NCBI GenBank assembly: GCA_963708295.1
Contig: CAVPSJ010000004.1
Span: forward strand, 448,001-512,000
Reading direction: 5' to 3'
Source of the DNA: an uncultured delta proteobacterium
GTDB taxonomy: Bacteria > Desulfobacterota > BSN033 > UBA1163
Length of the DNA: 64,000 nt
Numbering within the stretch: the stretch's first letter is position 1; each line of letters starts with the position of its first letter. Positions 20,678 through 30,377 of the stretch are shown piece by piece. The position numbers and the translations under genes are program-made. Below the pieces are notes generated by a model. It did not search any database. It was not told where the DNA came from and saw only the letters and a program-made list of their open reading frames with translations.

Positions 20678-20780
20678 ATCTCATCCATTTCGATGAGGGC
20701 TTGTTCCATGGAAATGCGGGAACAGGGTGGTCGCTGCAGAAAAGATTTTGATCCTGGAGAAGTTGGAAGAAAAGGGAGTT

Positions 20781-21155
20781 CTAAGGCGCACCCGGCGAAA
20801 TCGATTGAACAAGCACCTCAAAATCATCCCACTCGAAGGAATTCTTGACGAAAAAGCGATCCGCTCCATATTGAACGGCTGCTTGTCGGTATTCCGGCAA
20901 ATCATAATCTGTCAGAATGGCGATGTTGATACCCGGGATGTCCTTTTTTATTTTCTGGGTGAGCTGAAGGCCATTGATTCCCGGCAAACGGATATCCATA
21001 AAGATGAGATCAGGAGGACCTCCTTTGATTTTCTTCAAGGCCTCGTCGGCATTTCCAGCTTCCTCAATGACCATGGATGGAAAATAGTCAACAAGACCCT
21101 TCTTGAAAGCTTCCCGAAAGAGACGATTGTCTTCAACGATCAATACTCTTAACAT
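20781..21155 (-). CDS. Single-domain response regulator receiver
   Basis: VLIVEDN, PDLIFMDIRLPGINGL, ILT, GADRFFVK. No output domain. Confidence 0.9.
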   Translation of the reverse strand: MLRVLIVEDNRLFREAFKKGLVDYFPSMVIEEAGNADEALKKIKGGPPDLIFMDIRLPGINGLQLTQKIKKDIPGINIAILTDYDLPEYRQAAVQYGADRFFVKNSFEWDDFEVLVQSISPGAP

Positions 21156-21211
21156 TTTTCCCCCTTCATCGATTTATTAAGAAGTCCATCATTGAGCAGA
21201 CATATTATTCT

Positions 21212-21288
21212 TAAAATCTCCCCTCGCCCCTCTTTTCCAAAGAGGGGTGAGTCCTCCCTTTGGCAAAGGGAGGTTAGGAGGGATTTTA
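21212..21288. repeat. Double-hairpin REP-like element
   Basis: CCCCTCTTTTCCAAAGAGGGG and CCTCCCTTTGGCAAAGGGAGG enclosed by AAAATC/GATTTT. Confidence 0.65.
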
Positions 21289-21326
21289 CAATGGAATTTC
21301 AAACAGCTAAGTTGCTATCTTTATTA

Positions 21327-21358
21327 CATTCCGCAATCCGCGCTCCGAATTCCGCATT
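21327..21358. repeat. Heptamer (ATTCCGC-type) tandem repeat
   Basis: CATTCCG CAATCCG CGCTCCG AATTCCG CATT. Confidence 0.55.
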
Positions 21359-23684
21359 CAGATAGGCCACGACGCGCGAATCTTCGTCCCTTTCCCCTTG
21401 GTCGATTCGATAGCAAAGGAACCCCCCGAAAGTTCCGTCCGCTCCTTCATGCTCTCAAGCCCCAGTCCCTGAGTATGGCCTCCCGGAACCTGGGCCTTCG
21501 AAAGGTCAAACCCTTGACCATTATCCTGGATAACCAGTTCCATCGCCTGATCCGTTTTCCGCAGGGAGAGTAATGCCATTTTGGCCATGCTATGTTTGGC
21601 GATATTGTTCAAACCTTCCTGCAGAACCCTGAAGATTACCGTCCTCAAGGAGCCAGGCACTTCATGCTCTTCGATCTCGATACTCTGGCTTATACGGATT
21701 TTTGAATAAGTTGACTCAAACTGACGGCAGAACCACTTGATGGTTGCCAAGATCCCCAGATCGTCGAGCATGGAAGGCCTTAAATTCATCTGGATTCTTC
21801 GGGCTTCCTCAATCGCTCCTTGAACGATTGGGATAACGCTTCTCAAGGCAGCCGTTGTCTCAGGACTCTTGGCAGCAACCTCCGTGAGTACATTTTCCAC
21901 TTTGAATTTTATGGCAGACAAGGATGATCCGATGCTGTCATGGATTTCGCCGGCAATCGTTTTTCTTTCTTTCTCTTGAGCGTTGAGGAGCTCCGTGGAC
22001 AGATGCCGAAGGTCACTTTCCGACTTCTTCAACTCACTCTCGATCCTCGCACACTCATCAATTTCAACCTTTAGTTTTTCATTTGCAGCCTCCAGATCCT
22101 CGGTTCGTTCCTGAACCTGGTGCTCCAGCGTCCCGGTCAGTTGTTGAAGTTCCAACGTCCTCTGGCGCAGCGCTTCCTCCGCCTGCTTACGCTCGGTGAT
22201 GTCGCGGCCATAGACGTTGACGTAGCGTTCCGCAGAGAATGGTGTCACCGAGACGGAATAACACCTTCCCCCCAGCTCAATGTCCTGAGTTGCCTCCTCC
22301 GTCCCCGTCATCGCCTGTTCTACGAGCGGCAGGAGCGAACCCTGAAGTGACTTGCCGACCTCGCACCCCCACCCAAGTATCTCCGCAGACGCCGGATTGC
22401 AGTAGAGAACCCTCCCATCTGTTGATGCCCGCAGCACGGGGCTGGGGTTCTCATCCGGAAACCGCGCCAGCCAGACCGCCCGCTCAAGGGCCTCGCGCAA
22501 CCTGGCCTGTGCACGTCGCTTCTCGGTGACGTCATGAAAAACGAGTACGACGCCCGATGACGTTACCGGCGGCAGTCCAGGATCGGCGCAGCGCTGTCCT
22601 CGATGGGCACTTCCCGGCCGTCCTTGGTGAGCAGCGCAGTGTCGTTGGCCAGACCGACCACACGTTTCTCGGTAAGAACTCGCGCCGCCAGGTCTTCAGC
22701 CGGCGCATGGGTCTTCTCGTTGATGATCCTGAAGACACTCTGGATCGGTTGACCCAGGACCTCTTCAGATTGCCAGCCAGTCAACGTTATGGCGACGTGA
22801 TTGAGAAACGTAATCCGGCCTTCTGTGTCGCTGGCGATCACCGCGTCGCCGATACTGCTAAGCGTGACCCGCAGCCACTCGCGCTGTTTTTGCAGCTCTG
22901 TTTCTGCCCTCTTGCGTTCAACAATCTCCCTCTCCAAGTCTGCTTTGGACGCAGTAACTTGTTTCAAGCTTGCGGTCATCTGGTTGAAGGCACGCGACAA
23001 ATCGCCGATCTCGTCATTCTCCCTTTCTTCAGTCTTGAAATCCAGGTTACCAGAGCCGATGACAGCCGCCCCCGCATGGAGGGTCACTATCGATTTCAGG
23101 ATGCGGCGGTAAGTCAGCATATAGCTGACCAAAAGAAATGCGCCGAACAATCCTACCATCAGATAAATGAGCATGCTTCTTGTATTTGTTAGCTGGTCCA
23201 TCTGTTGATGTAATAGCTGTGATAAACGTGAAGCATCCGATACCAGTCCCTGGCTTTGAACCGCCATCCGGCTCCATGAGACCTGAAGAAATGCCATGTC
23301 AAGAGCTGTGGTCCGTTTCTGAGACGGGCCTCCAACAGCAGATGCCACACTTTCAAATACCTGTTTCAATCGCTGTTCATTTGCCTGTATATTGCGGATA
23401 AGCGCCTGCTGCTCCGGCTTTTCTGCTCGCAGCCTGGTGACTTCGCTGGAAAAAGAGGTAAACCGTGATTGCCATCGGTTGAGTTGCTGGCTTTCGCGGT
23501 AAATCAGGTAATCATTGGACAAGTAGCTTAGCTCGCTTGCCCCCTGGGCGATACTGCTGGCAATCTTTTCCTGTTCGTTAGCCTTCTCTACCTGTCGATG
23601 CGTGATGATCGCCGATGCCGCAATAACCGCCAGGATAGCGCCGAACAGGAGCATGGTTATGATGAATTGCGTTCTAATTTTCAT
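21358..23684 (-). CDS. Sensor histidine kinase (periplasmic sensor-HAMP-PAS-PAS-HisKA_3-HATPase), frameshifted near 22535-22565
   Basis: Two TMs, HAMP (NDEIGDLSRAFNQM), PAS (SIGDAVIASD), H-box ERKTIAGEIHDSIG, LRPSMLDDLG, QEGLNNIAKHS, DNGQGF, GLGLESMKER. ORFs 22563..23684 and 21358..22500 join through GNVIGVVLVFHDVTEKRRAQ. Confidence 0.88.
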
Positions 23685-23693
23685 GGTTCTCCC

Positions 23694-24839
23694 TCAGTAA
23701 ATGATTTTCACCGCTTCTGGCTTTACCGCTCTTAGTCCTTCAACATAAATGCAATTCATGAAATCGGGGATCTTCTTTTGACTCGTAAGTTTATTTTTTA
23801 TCATCCACCGTGCTTCGTCTTCCATCGCTGTGATAAGTGACTGGTCAAGGGAAAGCGAAAACTGGTTGTCCCCCCAAACCTTCGAGATGTAGGCGTCGTC
23901 ATACCCGAGCCGCTTTTTCACAACCCCTTTGGTCTCCTCCGGGTGGAGAGATGCGTACTCTTCTGCCACCGAAATCGAGCGCAGAAACCGGTTAATTGTT
24001 TTCCGGTGCGTTCCTGTCCAGTCAGCACGTCCGATGATATTCCAATAAGTGAGTTGGCTGCTCTGAATTGGCCACACGATGATACCACCACCGTTCCGAT
24101 CCGTTATCCTGTCCAAGTACGGGTGCCAAGTGACGACAGCGTCGACATTTCCGCCAGCAAGGGCATCTGCCGAATAATCAGGCCGGACGTTCAGGATGGT
24201 CACGTCCGCGGGACCCAGACCATGGACGGTAAGGTACCTGCCGAGATAGAACGCGGCGATTGTCCCCAGCGGGACCCCGATCCTCCGTTCCTTTAGGTCG
24301 ATGACTTTTCCAATCTTCCGGTCCTTGCGGGCAATGAGGAACATGTTCTCGAACTTGTCGATGCTCCCAAATGCCCGGATCTCACGTTGCTGCAAGAGAT
24401 GGTTGACCATGACGAATTCGGAGGCGACGGCAATGTCGATTTCATTCCTCATCAGCCCGGGCACGGCGGCCCCACCGGAATCGTACTCCTTTATTGTCAC
24501 ATTGAGGCCGTTTCTCTCAAAATAACCCTTATCCCCGGCGATGTAGATGAGGGCGTTCGTCTCGAGCGCAGGCGCACCGATGGTGACTGACTCCACTTTC
24601 CCTGAATAGTCGCTCTTGGAACAAGACCAGAAACTAAAGGCACCCAATAGCAGCAATGTCAGAATGCAGAATATACCCCATCCCCTTCCTGACCTCCCCC
24701 TTGAAGGGGGAGGAACATAACAATCTCCCTCCCCCTCAGGGGGAGGGGCAGGGTGGGGGTGGGGAACCATCTTCTTCGCACTCTCTTTCCAGCTGCTTTT
24801 TGTGGCCATTCCGAATTCCGCACTCCGCATTTGGCTCAT
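23694..24839 (-). CDS. NMT1/THI5/SsuA-like solute-binding lipoprotein; N-terminus contains repeat-derived sequence
   Basis: Lipobox-like FWSC, YIAGDKGYFERNGLNV, DLKERRIGV, SLDQSLITAMEDEARW. The true start is uncertain. Confidence 0.85.
   Translation of the reverse strand: MSQMRSAEFGMATKSSWKESAKKMVPHPHPAPPPEGEGDCYVPPPSRGRSGRGWGIFCILTLLLLGAFSFWSCSKSDYSGKVESVTIGAPALETNALIYIAGDKGYFERNGLNVTIKEYDSGGAAVPGLMRNEIDIAVASEFVMVNHLLQQREIRAFGSIDKFENMFLIARKDRKIGKVIDLKERRIGVPLGTIAAFYLGRYLTVHGLGPADVTILNVRPDYSADALAGGNVDAVVTWHPYLDRITDRNGGGIIVWPIQSSQLTYWNIIGRADWTGTHRKTINRFLRSISVAEEYASLHPEETKGVVKKRLGYDDAYISKVWGDNQFSLSLDQSLITAMEDEARWMIKNKLTSQKKIPDFMNCIYVEGLRAVKPEAVKIIY
24677..24768. repeat. REP-like doublet inside the SBP 5' coding region
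   Basis: CCTCCCCCTTGAAGGGGGAGG and CCCTCCCCCTCAGGGGGAGGG hairpins with a GCAGGGTGGGGGTG tail. Confidence 0.7.
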
Positions 24840-25852
24840 CGTATAATATTTACCGCTTCAGGCTTTACAGCCTTGAGACCGTCAATGTAGATGTAATTCA
24901 GGAAATCGGGAACCTGCTTTTCCCTGGTCAAGCTATTTTTTATCATCCACCGCGCCTCATCTTCCATAGCGAGGATGAGCGACTGATCGAGCGAAAGAGA
25001 GAACTGGTAGCGTTGCCAGATAATCTCCAGATAGGCATCCTCGAAATTCATCCGTTTCCTGACGATGGCTTTTGCTTCACTGTGGTGACTGGTGATATAG
25101 CTTTCTGCCTGGACCAACGATTTAATAAGCCGTTTTATCTTGTTAGGATGCTTATTTATCCAGCCGGAGGTACTGACTAGATTCCAATAGGCATACTGGC
25201 CGCCTTGCAACGGCATCGTGATCACTTCTTTACCCATGCGTTGATTTATTTGGGCTACCCAAGGTTCCCATGTGGCGACAGCCTCAACCTCCCTACCGGC
25301 AATCGCTTTTTCCGAGTCTGGAGCCCTGGTGTCGATGAGGGTTACTTGCTGAATGTTTATGCCGTTAAGGTCAAGCGTTCTTCCCAGGTAGAATTCCGAA
25401 ATCGTTTTGAGAGTAACACCCACCTTCTTCCCCTTGAGATCCTGAATCGTCTTTATTCCGCTGTCGGTACGCCAGATAATGTAAGTGTTCTCATACTTGG
25501 CTATAGTCCCAAAACTGGTAATATCTTTTTTATTGAATACCTGTCTTACGATGGGAAACTCAGCAGCTAATGCGATCTCTGCTTCACCATTCAACATCCC
25601 CGCGGCCGCAGAGGCCCCGGAATCATAGTCTTCTTTAAGAGTAACCTGAAGGCCGTTGGCGGCGAATAATTTCTGAGCTTCCGCAACGTAGAACAGCGCA
25701 TTCAATTCAGTCGGTACCATTGCTACAGTCAAGGTTTCCAGCTTCCCGGAATCGCTGCCCGAGGAGCAGGCCGACAGACCAAATCCACAGGAAACCACGG
25801 CTAGGAAAGCCAGTATTATGACCGGAACCCTCTTCAATATTTTTTCCTTCAT
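24836..25852 (-). CDS. NMT1/THI5/SsuA-like solute-binding lipoprotein
   Basis: Lipobox LSAC, DLKGKKVGV, SLDQSLILAMEDEARW, KAVKPEAVNIIR. Paralog of the adjacent SBP. Confidence 0.9.
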   Translation of the reverse strand: MKEKILKRVPVIILAFLAVVSCGFGLSACSSGSDSGKLETLTVAMVPTELNALFYVAEAQKLFAANGLQVTLKEDYDSGASAAAGMLNGEAEIALAAEFPIVRQVFNKKDITSFGTIAKYENTYIIWRTDSGIKTIQDLKGKKVGVTLKTISEFYLGRTLDLNGINIQQVTLIDTRAPDSEKAIAGREVEAVATWEPWVAQINQRMGKEVITMPLQGGQYAYWNLVSTSGWINKHPNKIKRLIKSLVQAESYITSHHSEAKAIVRKRMNFEDAYLEIIWQRYQFSLSLDQSLILAMEDEARWMIKNSLTREKQVPDFLNYIYIDGLKAVKPEAVNIIR

Positions 25853-25900
25853 CGAATAATACTCACCGCTTCGGGCTTCCTGTGCTTCATCATATATGGC
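25849..25900 (-). pseudogene. 3' relic of a third SBP paralog
   Basis: Minus strand reads ...KPEAVSIIR-TGA with ATGA overlap onto the SBP start, matching the SBP C-termini KPEAVNIIR and KPEAVKIIY. Confidence 0.6.
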
Positions 25901-26197
25901 TATGCATGCGGCCTCTCTTCAAAAAACACCCGGGAGCGGAATGACTCACCATTCCGTATTCTTTACCGCTCAGCTTTTGATCCGCTTGGCCCCGGGTTGG
26001 AATCGCATGGAGTAATGTTAAAAGATACATAAAGTTAGGAGTAATATCAATATCAACATCAAATTTCTTCATGCTGGCAGCTCAAGGAGAGTTTAAGTGT
26101 TACGAAAGAAAAGAGGCAGTGAAGAGCATGGAATAGTTCACTTCGAAAAACCATAGGCGGATGAAATTTTTGTATTCTGCGGAGAGACCTGGGTTTT

Positions 26198-27112
26198 TTA
26201 CGATTTCGGGACTTTTCTAAATCTGAACCAATTTTTGATGCCGGGCATGAGACGACGAATATCGTCAAGTTTCTCCCTTGCAGCCTTTTCACCTTCATCA
26301 ACGAGATTCATGGCCTGGGAGAAACTTGACCAATGCACATCCCCGACTTCCGGGTAGATCACCACATCAGACTGGGCCAACTCATATTGTCTCAGCCTTT
26401 CGCCCATGATCTCATTGACTCTGAGATAGACATCCACCACGTCCGCAGCTCTTCCGAACCGACGCCCCGGTCTACGACCACTGCAATGACAATGTCCGCC
26501 CCTTCCTGTCTCGCTACGGGACTGGGAACACGGCAGATGATGCCCCCGTCCGATAAGAGTCTTTCGCCCTCCTTCAGCGGCGCGATGGCTCCTGGAACGG
26601 CGCAACTCGCCATCACCGCCTGCCGCAGAGAGCCCTTGGAAAAGATGATCTGCTCACCGCTCACCAGGTCCGTGGCCACCGCGCGGAAGGGAATTCGAGT
26701 CTCTTCAATCCGAATGTCCGGAATAAAATAATCGATGGTGGCCTGGAAATCCTCATTTGAAAGTATGCCCGGTTTGAACATGGCTTGGATCAGATAAAAG
26801 TGATTTCTTAAAATAGGTCTGAATTCTCTGGGTCAGACCTACCTCTCCCTTTGCATGAGCCGCTTCAAAGGCCTTCATCGCCGAAGATCGAAATTCAGTA
26901 CTGTTGAGATACTCCTCCACCTTCTTCTGCAACTCATCTGCGTTGAGGCCGCTGGCATAGGCTCCGCCCACTAACGCCCCGATGCTCGTTCCGGCAATGA
27001 GATGAATGGGAATCTCCTCCTTCTCAAGCACCCTTAACACGCCTATATGGGCGAGCCCTCTGGCACCCCCGCCCCCAAGGGCAAGCCCGATGCGTTTCCT
27101 TTTCCAAAACAT
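26198..27112 (-). CDS. Patatin-like phospholipase (RssA/NTE family), two frameshifts
   Basis: [23 protein letters not shown] nucleophile, AVATDL, ASCAVPG and DGG, split over ORFs 26753..27112, 26392..26781 and 26198..26605. Confidence 0.88.
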
Positions 27113-27190
27113 AATCGCAGCCTTCTCCTAAAGCCTACTGGCGCTATTTTACCTTTTATGCCCCTGGAACATCAAGACCATATTCTTGGC

Positions 27191-27248
27191 AACCCCGTCA
27201 CTTGTCTCCCTCTCCCTGAGGGGGAGGGTGTGATAGGGGAGGGTTGAA
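27191..27248. repeat. G/C-skewed REP-like hairpin
   Basis: CCCTCTCCCTGAGGGGGAGGG core with flanking AACCCC/GGGTT. Confidence 0.5.
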
Positions 27249-27311
27249 ATCTAAAATACGGTGATGCTATTCTAATGAATAGGTGATAAAGACTTTCTAA
27301 GGAGGCCTCAA

Positions 27312-27656
27312 ATGGAAACGAAGAATTTTCCCCGGGAGGTTAAGAAATTTGAAATCGAGGCCTATGAGAGGCCAACAAACTTAAGGGAATTAAGGAAAAC
27401 TTACGTTCCTTTTTCCGGGTCGCCGCTCAGGCATCCCCGTGATCCCAAGAAGGTGATTTTAGTACCAGACCCTTACGGCAGCAGTCCTTTTTATTACGAG
27501 TTCAAGAGGGATGACGTCACCTTCGCGGAGAAGCTTCCAAGTATCGTGAACCTCGAAGGCGAGACGACACCCATGGTCAGACTCTGGGTGAAAAAAATGA
27601 GCCGGGGAATCGTTTGCACCCCCTTTTTGGTGGAAGAAACCAAAAACTTTGAATAA
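27312..27656 (+). CDS. Conserved hypothetical protein
   Basis: RBS AAGGAGG, protein-like composition (VPFSGSPLRHP, KVILVPDPY, FYYEF, VRLWVKK). No catalytic motif recognised. Confidence 0.75.
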   Translation: METKNFPREVKKFEIEAYERPTNLRELRKTYVPFSGSPLRHPRDPKKVILVPDPYGSSPFYYEFKRDDVTFAEKLPSIVNLEGETTPMVRLWVKKMSRGIVCTPFLVEETKNFE

Positions 27657-27834
27657 GGGTAACCTCCCCTTTCGACGGAAAATGTGATCTCATGAGAGAT
27701 CATCACGTCAACCTGCTCCAGCTACGAAACCCCGTTGTGAGTTCAAGCGGGTTTGCAAATGATGATCATTCCGATTCTCTCTCCATGGGGAGGAGGAGAA
27801 TAGCGGAGGGTAACCATGGAAAGGAGGCCTATTT

Positions 27835-28923
27835 ATGGCAGATGCGACAGTGGAACTGCTTCGAGAACTGACTGAGGCGCCCGGCGTTTCGGGCTATGAG
27901 CAAGAGGTCCGTGAGGTCATTCGGAGGCATCTTCAAGAGATTACTACCATAGAGCAAGACCGGCTTGGCAGCATCGTTTGTCGAAAGGACGGTAAAGCAA
28001 AAGAACCGCGGATCATGCTCGCAGGGCACATGGATGAGATCGGATTCATCGTAAAACTTGTGACGGACGAGGGTTTCATCAAATTCAGCCCCCTCGGGGG
28101 ATGGTGGGGGCATGTCATGCTGGCTCAGCGCGTGGTGATCAAAACCCGAAAGGGCGATGTGATTGGCCTGATCGGTTCGAAACCTCCCCACATCCTGTCG
28201 GACGAAGAGCGGAAAAAACTCCAAGAACCGAAGGATATGTATATCGATGTCGGTGCCATTTCATCGGCCGAGGTTAAGGAACTTGGTATCCGTCCAGGGG
28301 ACCCCATCATCCCCGTCAGTCCTTTCACTGTCCTGGGGACTGGCAGGGCTTATCTGGCAAAGGCATTCGACGATCGGGCCGGATGTGCCCTCTTCATCGA
28401 GGTGATCAAGAACCTCTGCCGGGAGAAACATCCAAACACGGTATATGGTGTCGGTACTGTCCAGGAGGAAGTGGGCCTTCGAGGGGCGCGAACAAGCTCC
28501 TGGGTGGTCGAACCGGATGTCGGGCTCACGATGGAGGTCGGCGTTGCAGGGGATGTTCCGGACGTCAAGAAAGACGACGCCCAGGGAAAACTGGGAAAAG
28601 GACCCGTCATCGTGATCCGGGATGGAAGCATGGTTCCCAACCTAAGGCTTCGGGATCTCTTCGTAAACACGGCAGAGAAGTTGAAGATCCCTTATCAATT
28701 CGATATGCTGGAACGGGGCGGAACGGATTCCGGAGCCATTCATCTTCACCGCCGTGGAGTGCCCAACCTTGTCATTGCCGTCCCTACCCGGCACATTCAC
28801 AGTCATGCGGGTATCCTCTACCGAGAAGACTTTGACCACGCCGTGAGACTTGTCACCGCCGTGATCAAAAAGCTTGACGCACCCACGGTCGCCGAGTTTG
28901 ACGGAATGAGAAAAAGGGATTGA
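27835..28923 (+). CDS. M42 family metallo-aminopeptidase
   Basis: PGVSGYE, MLAGHMDEIG, AKAFDDRAG, TVQEEVGLRGA, GGTDSG, RHIHSH. Confidence 0.95.
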   Translation: MADATVELLRELTEAPGVSGYEQEVREVIRRHLQEITTIEQDRLGSIVCRKDGKAKEPRIMLAGHMDEIGFIVKLVTDEGFIKFSPLGGWWGHVMLAQRVVIKTRKGDVIGLIGSKPPHILSDEERKKLQEPKDMYIDVGAISSAEVKELGIRPGDPIIPVSPFTVLGTGRAYLAKAFDDRAGCALFIEVIKNLCREKHPNTVYGVGTVQEEVGLRGARTSSWVVEPDVGLTMEVGVAGDVPDVKKDDAQGKLGKGPVIVIRDGSMVPNLRLRDLFVNTAEKLKIPYQFDMLERGGTDSGAIHLHRRGVPNLVIAVPTRHIHSHAGILYREDFDHAVRLVTAVIKKLDAPTVAEFDGMRKRD

Positions 28924-29041
28924 ATAATTTTCCAAATCATACGTCTAAAAATATATCGGAAATGACCTGGTGAGTTTGAGTTGTAGAAGAAAGAGAAAAA
29001 ATGTGGCAAAATAAGGTGAGGAGCTAAGGAGGTGGATTAAG

Positions 29042-29356
29042 ATGAAAAAACTTATCATGATCAGCTTGATCCTGTTAACTCTTTTTCTTTCAAGCGGACC
29101 GGCCTTAGCCTGGCGTGGATACTCTCGTGGCCATTTCGGGGTTTTTGTTGCTCCACCCCCGTTTTGGGTAGGGCCTCCTGCTGTTTATTACCGGGGGTAC
29201 TATCCGCCACCCGGCTACTATGGGCCCGGTTACGATGGCAGGTTATTATTATGGTCCGTCTCGAGTCTGGATCCCCGGCCACTGGGAAGATCAGGTGGAC
29301 TCCGTATGGGTTGGCAAAGGGCCTGGACTCCAGGCTACTGGGAATATCGACGATAA
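29042..29356 (+). CDS. Secreted Pro/Tyr/Gly-rich hypothetical protein (possible internal indels)
   Basis: RBS AAGGAGG, signal peptide ending PALA, and PPPFWVGPP, YYPPPGYY, WTPGYW segments. Confidence 0.65.
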   Translation: MKKLIMISLILLTLFLSSGPALAWRGYSRGHFGVFVAPPPFWVGPPAVYYRGYYPPPGYYGPGYDGRLLLWSVSSLDPRPLGRSGGLRMGWQRAWTPGYWEYRR

Positions 29357-29396
29357 ATGAAAGGGATTGAAGATCAATCTTCAATCCCTTTCATTT
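29355..29396. terminator. Perfect 20-bp-arm palindrome, bidirectional terminator between convergent genes
   Basis: AAATGAAAGGGATTGAAGAT-CA-ATCTTCAATCCCTTTCATTT. Confidence 0.8.
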
Positions 29397-29473
29397 TCTG
29401 ACGTTGTGTTGTTACGTTGCTTTTAGAGCATCCTTTAGACCGTTCTGAAAGACAAGGTGTGAAGGTCCGGAAC

Positions 29474-29918
29474 TTAGTCCAATTTCTTTACGTATTTCGA
29501 AATCATTTCTGTGAGCTTCTTCTTCTGCACATCGTTCAGATTGCTTTGAAAACCCATTAGCAGATCAAAACTCTTATTAAAATGTTCTGCTTCATTCCGA
29601 AGGATTCCCTGGAGAAGAGCGGTCATCTTTTGGATGTCCGGATTTTCTTTCGTCCGCCTCCTCCTTGATCTTCGTCCAAGGCTTCCTTGTTTTCTTTTCC
29701 GACCCTCCTGGAAGTTCTTCCGGATTTCGGCCTTTAGACCTTCGAGCTTCGTCTTTTGATCCTCATTCAGATCGAGTTTCTTTGCGGTCTTATCGACTTT
29801 CTTGACGAATATCTTTTCAGCCTCTGACATCGTATCGATTCGGGGTTTACACGCCAAAATGCCCCCGGCCAAAAAAACAGCCAACACTCAAATAAACGAA
29901 AGACCGGTTTGATTTCAT
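29474..29918 (-). CDS. Spy/CpxP-like helical lipoprotein, frameshifted
   Basis: Lipobox ILAC and two LTxxQ-like motifs (LDLNEDQKTKL, LNDVQKKKL). ATG at 29918 with RBS AGGAG is out of frame with the body. Confidence 0.65.
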
Positions 29919-30002
29919 GTTTTTTCTCCTTTCATTTCAAAAGAATTCACTCACTGACTTACTTGAGCCTTTAGTTAAATTTAATAACGAGACTTATGGA
30001 AA

Positions 30003-30113
30003 GTCAACCCTTCGACTCCCGGCCTGAAGACCTGGGCTTGCTCAGGGTTACCCTGAGCGGCGATTCTTTACCCCTTCCTAAAAGGCGAGGCTTGGCGCCG
30101 CCGAATGGGTCAA
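30003..30113. repeat. Composite palindromic element related to 466-607
   Basis: CCCTTCGAC-[CCCGGCCTGAAGACCTGGGCTT]-GCTCAGGGT/ACCCTGAGC-[CCCCTTCCTAAAAGGCGAGGCTT]-GCCGAATGGG. Confidence 0.65.
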
Positions 30114-30377
30114 CCTGCGCCATCCAGCGCACCAACTCAATCCCTTTCTGTCAATCCTCTCAAGATACGATTACCTATTGTCGCGCCTCGAGAATGACTT
30201 TAGGAGATCCCCCCCCCATCGAGGTTGTGCCTTAATAAAGATAACTAGCAGAAATTCTTAAGAACGGAACAGACAGGCGGGTGAGGACAAGCCTTACAAT
30301 AAGGTAATAATTTTCTTCTATTGAATCAGAGCAAAAAATGTGGGATAAAGGAAATAGCCCTTTTGGAGGCGGCGGTG

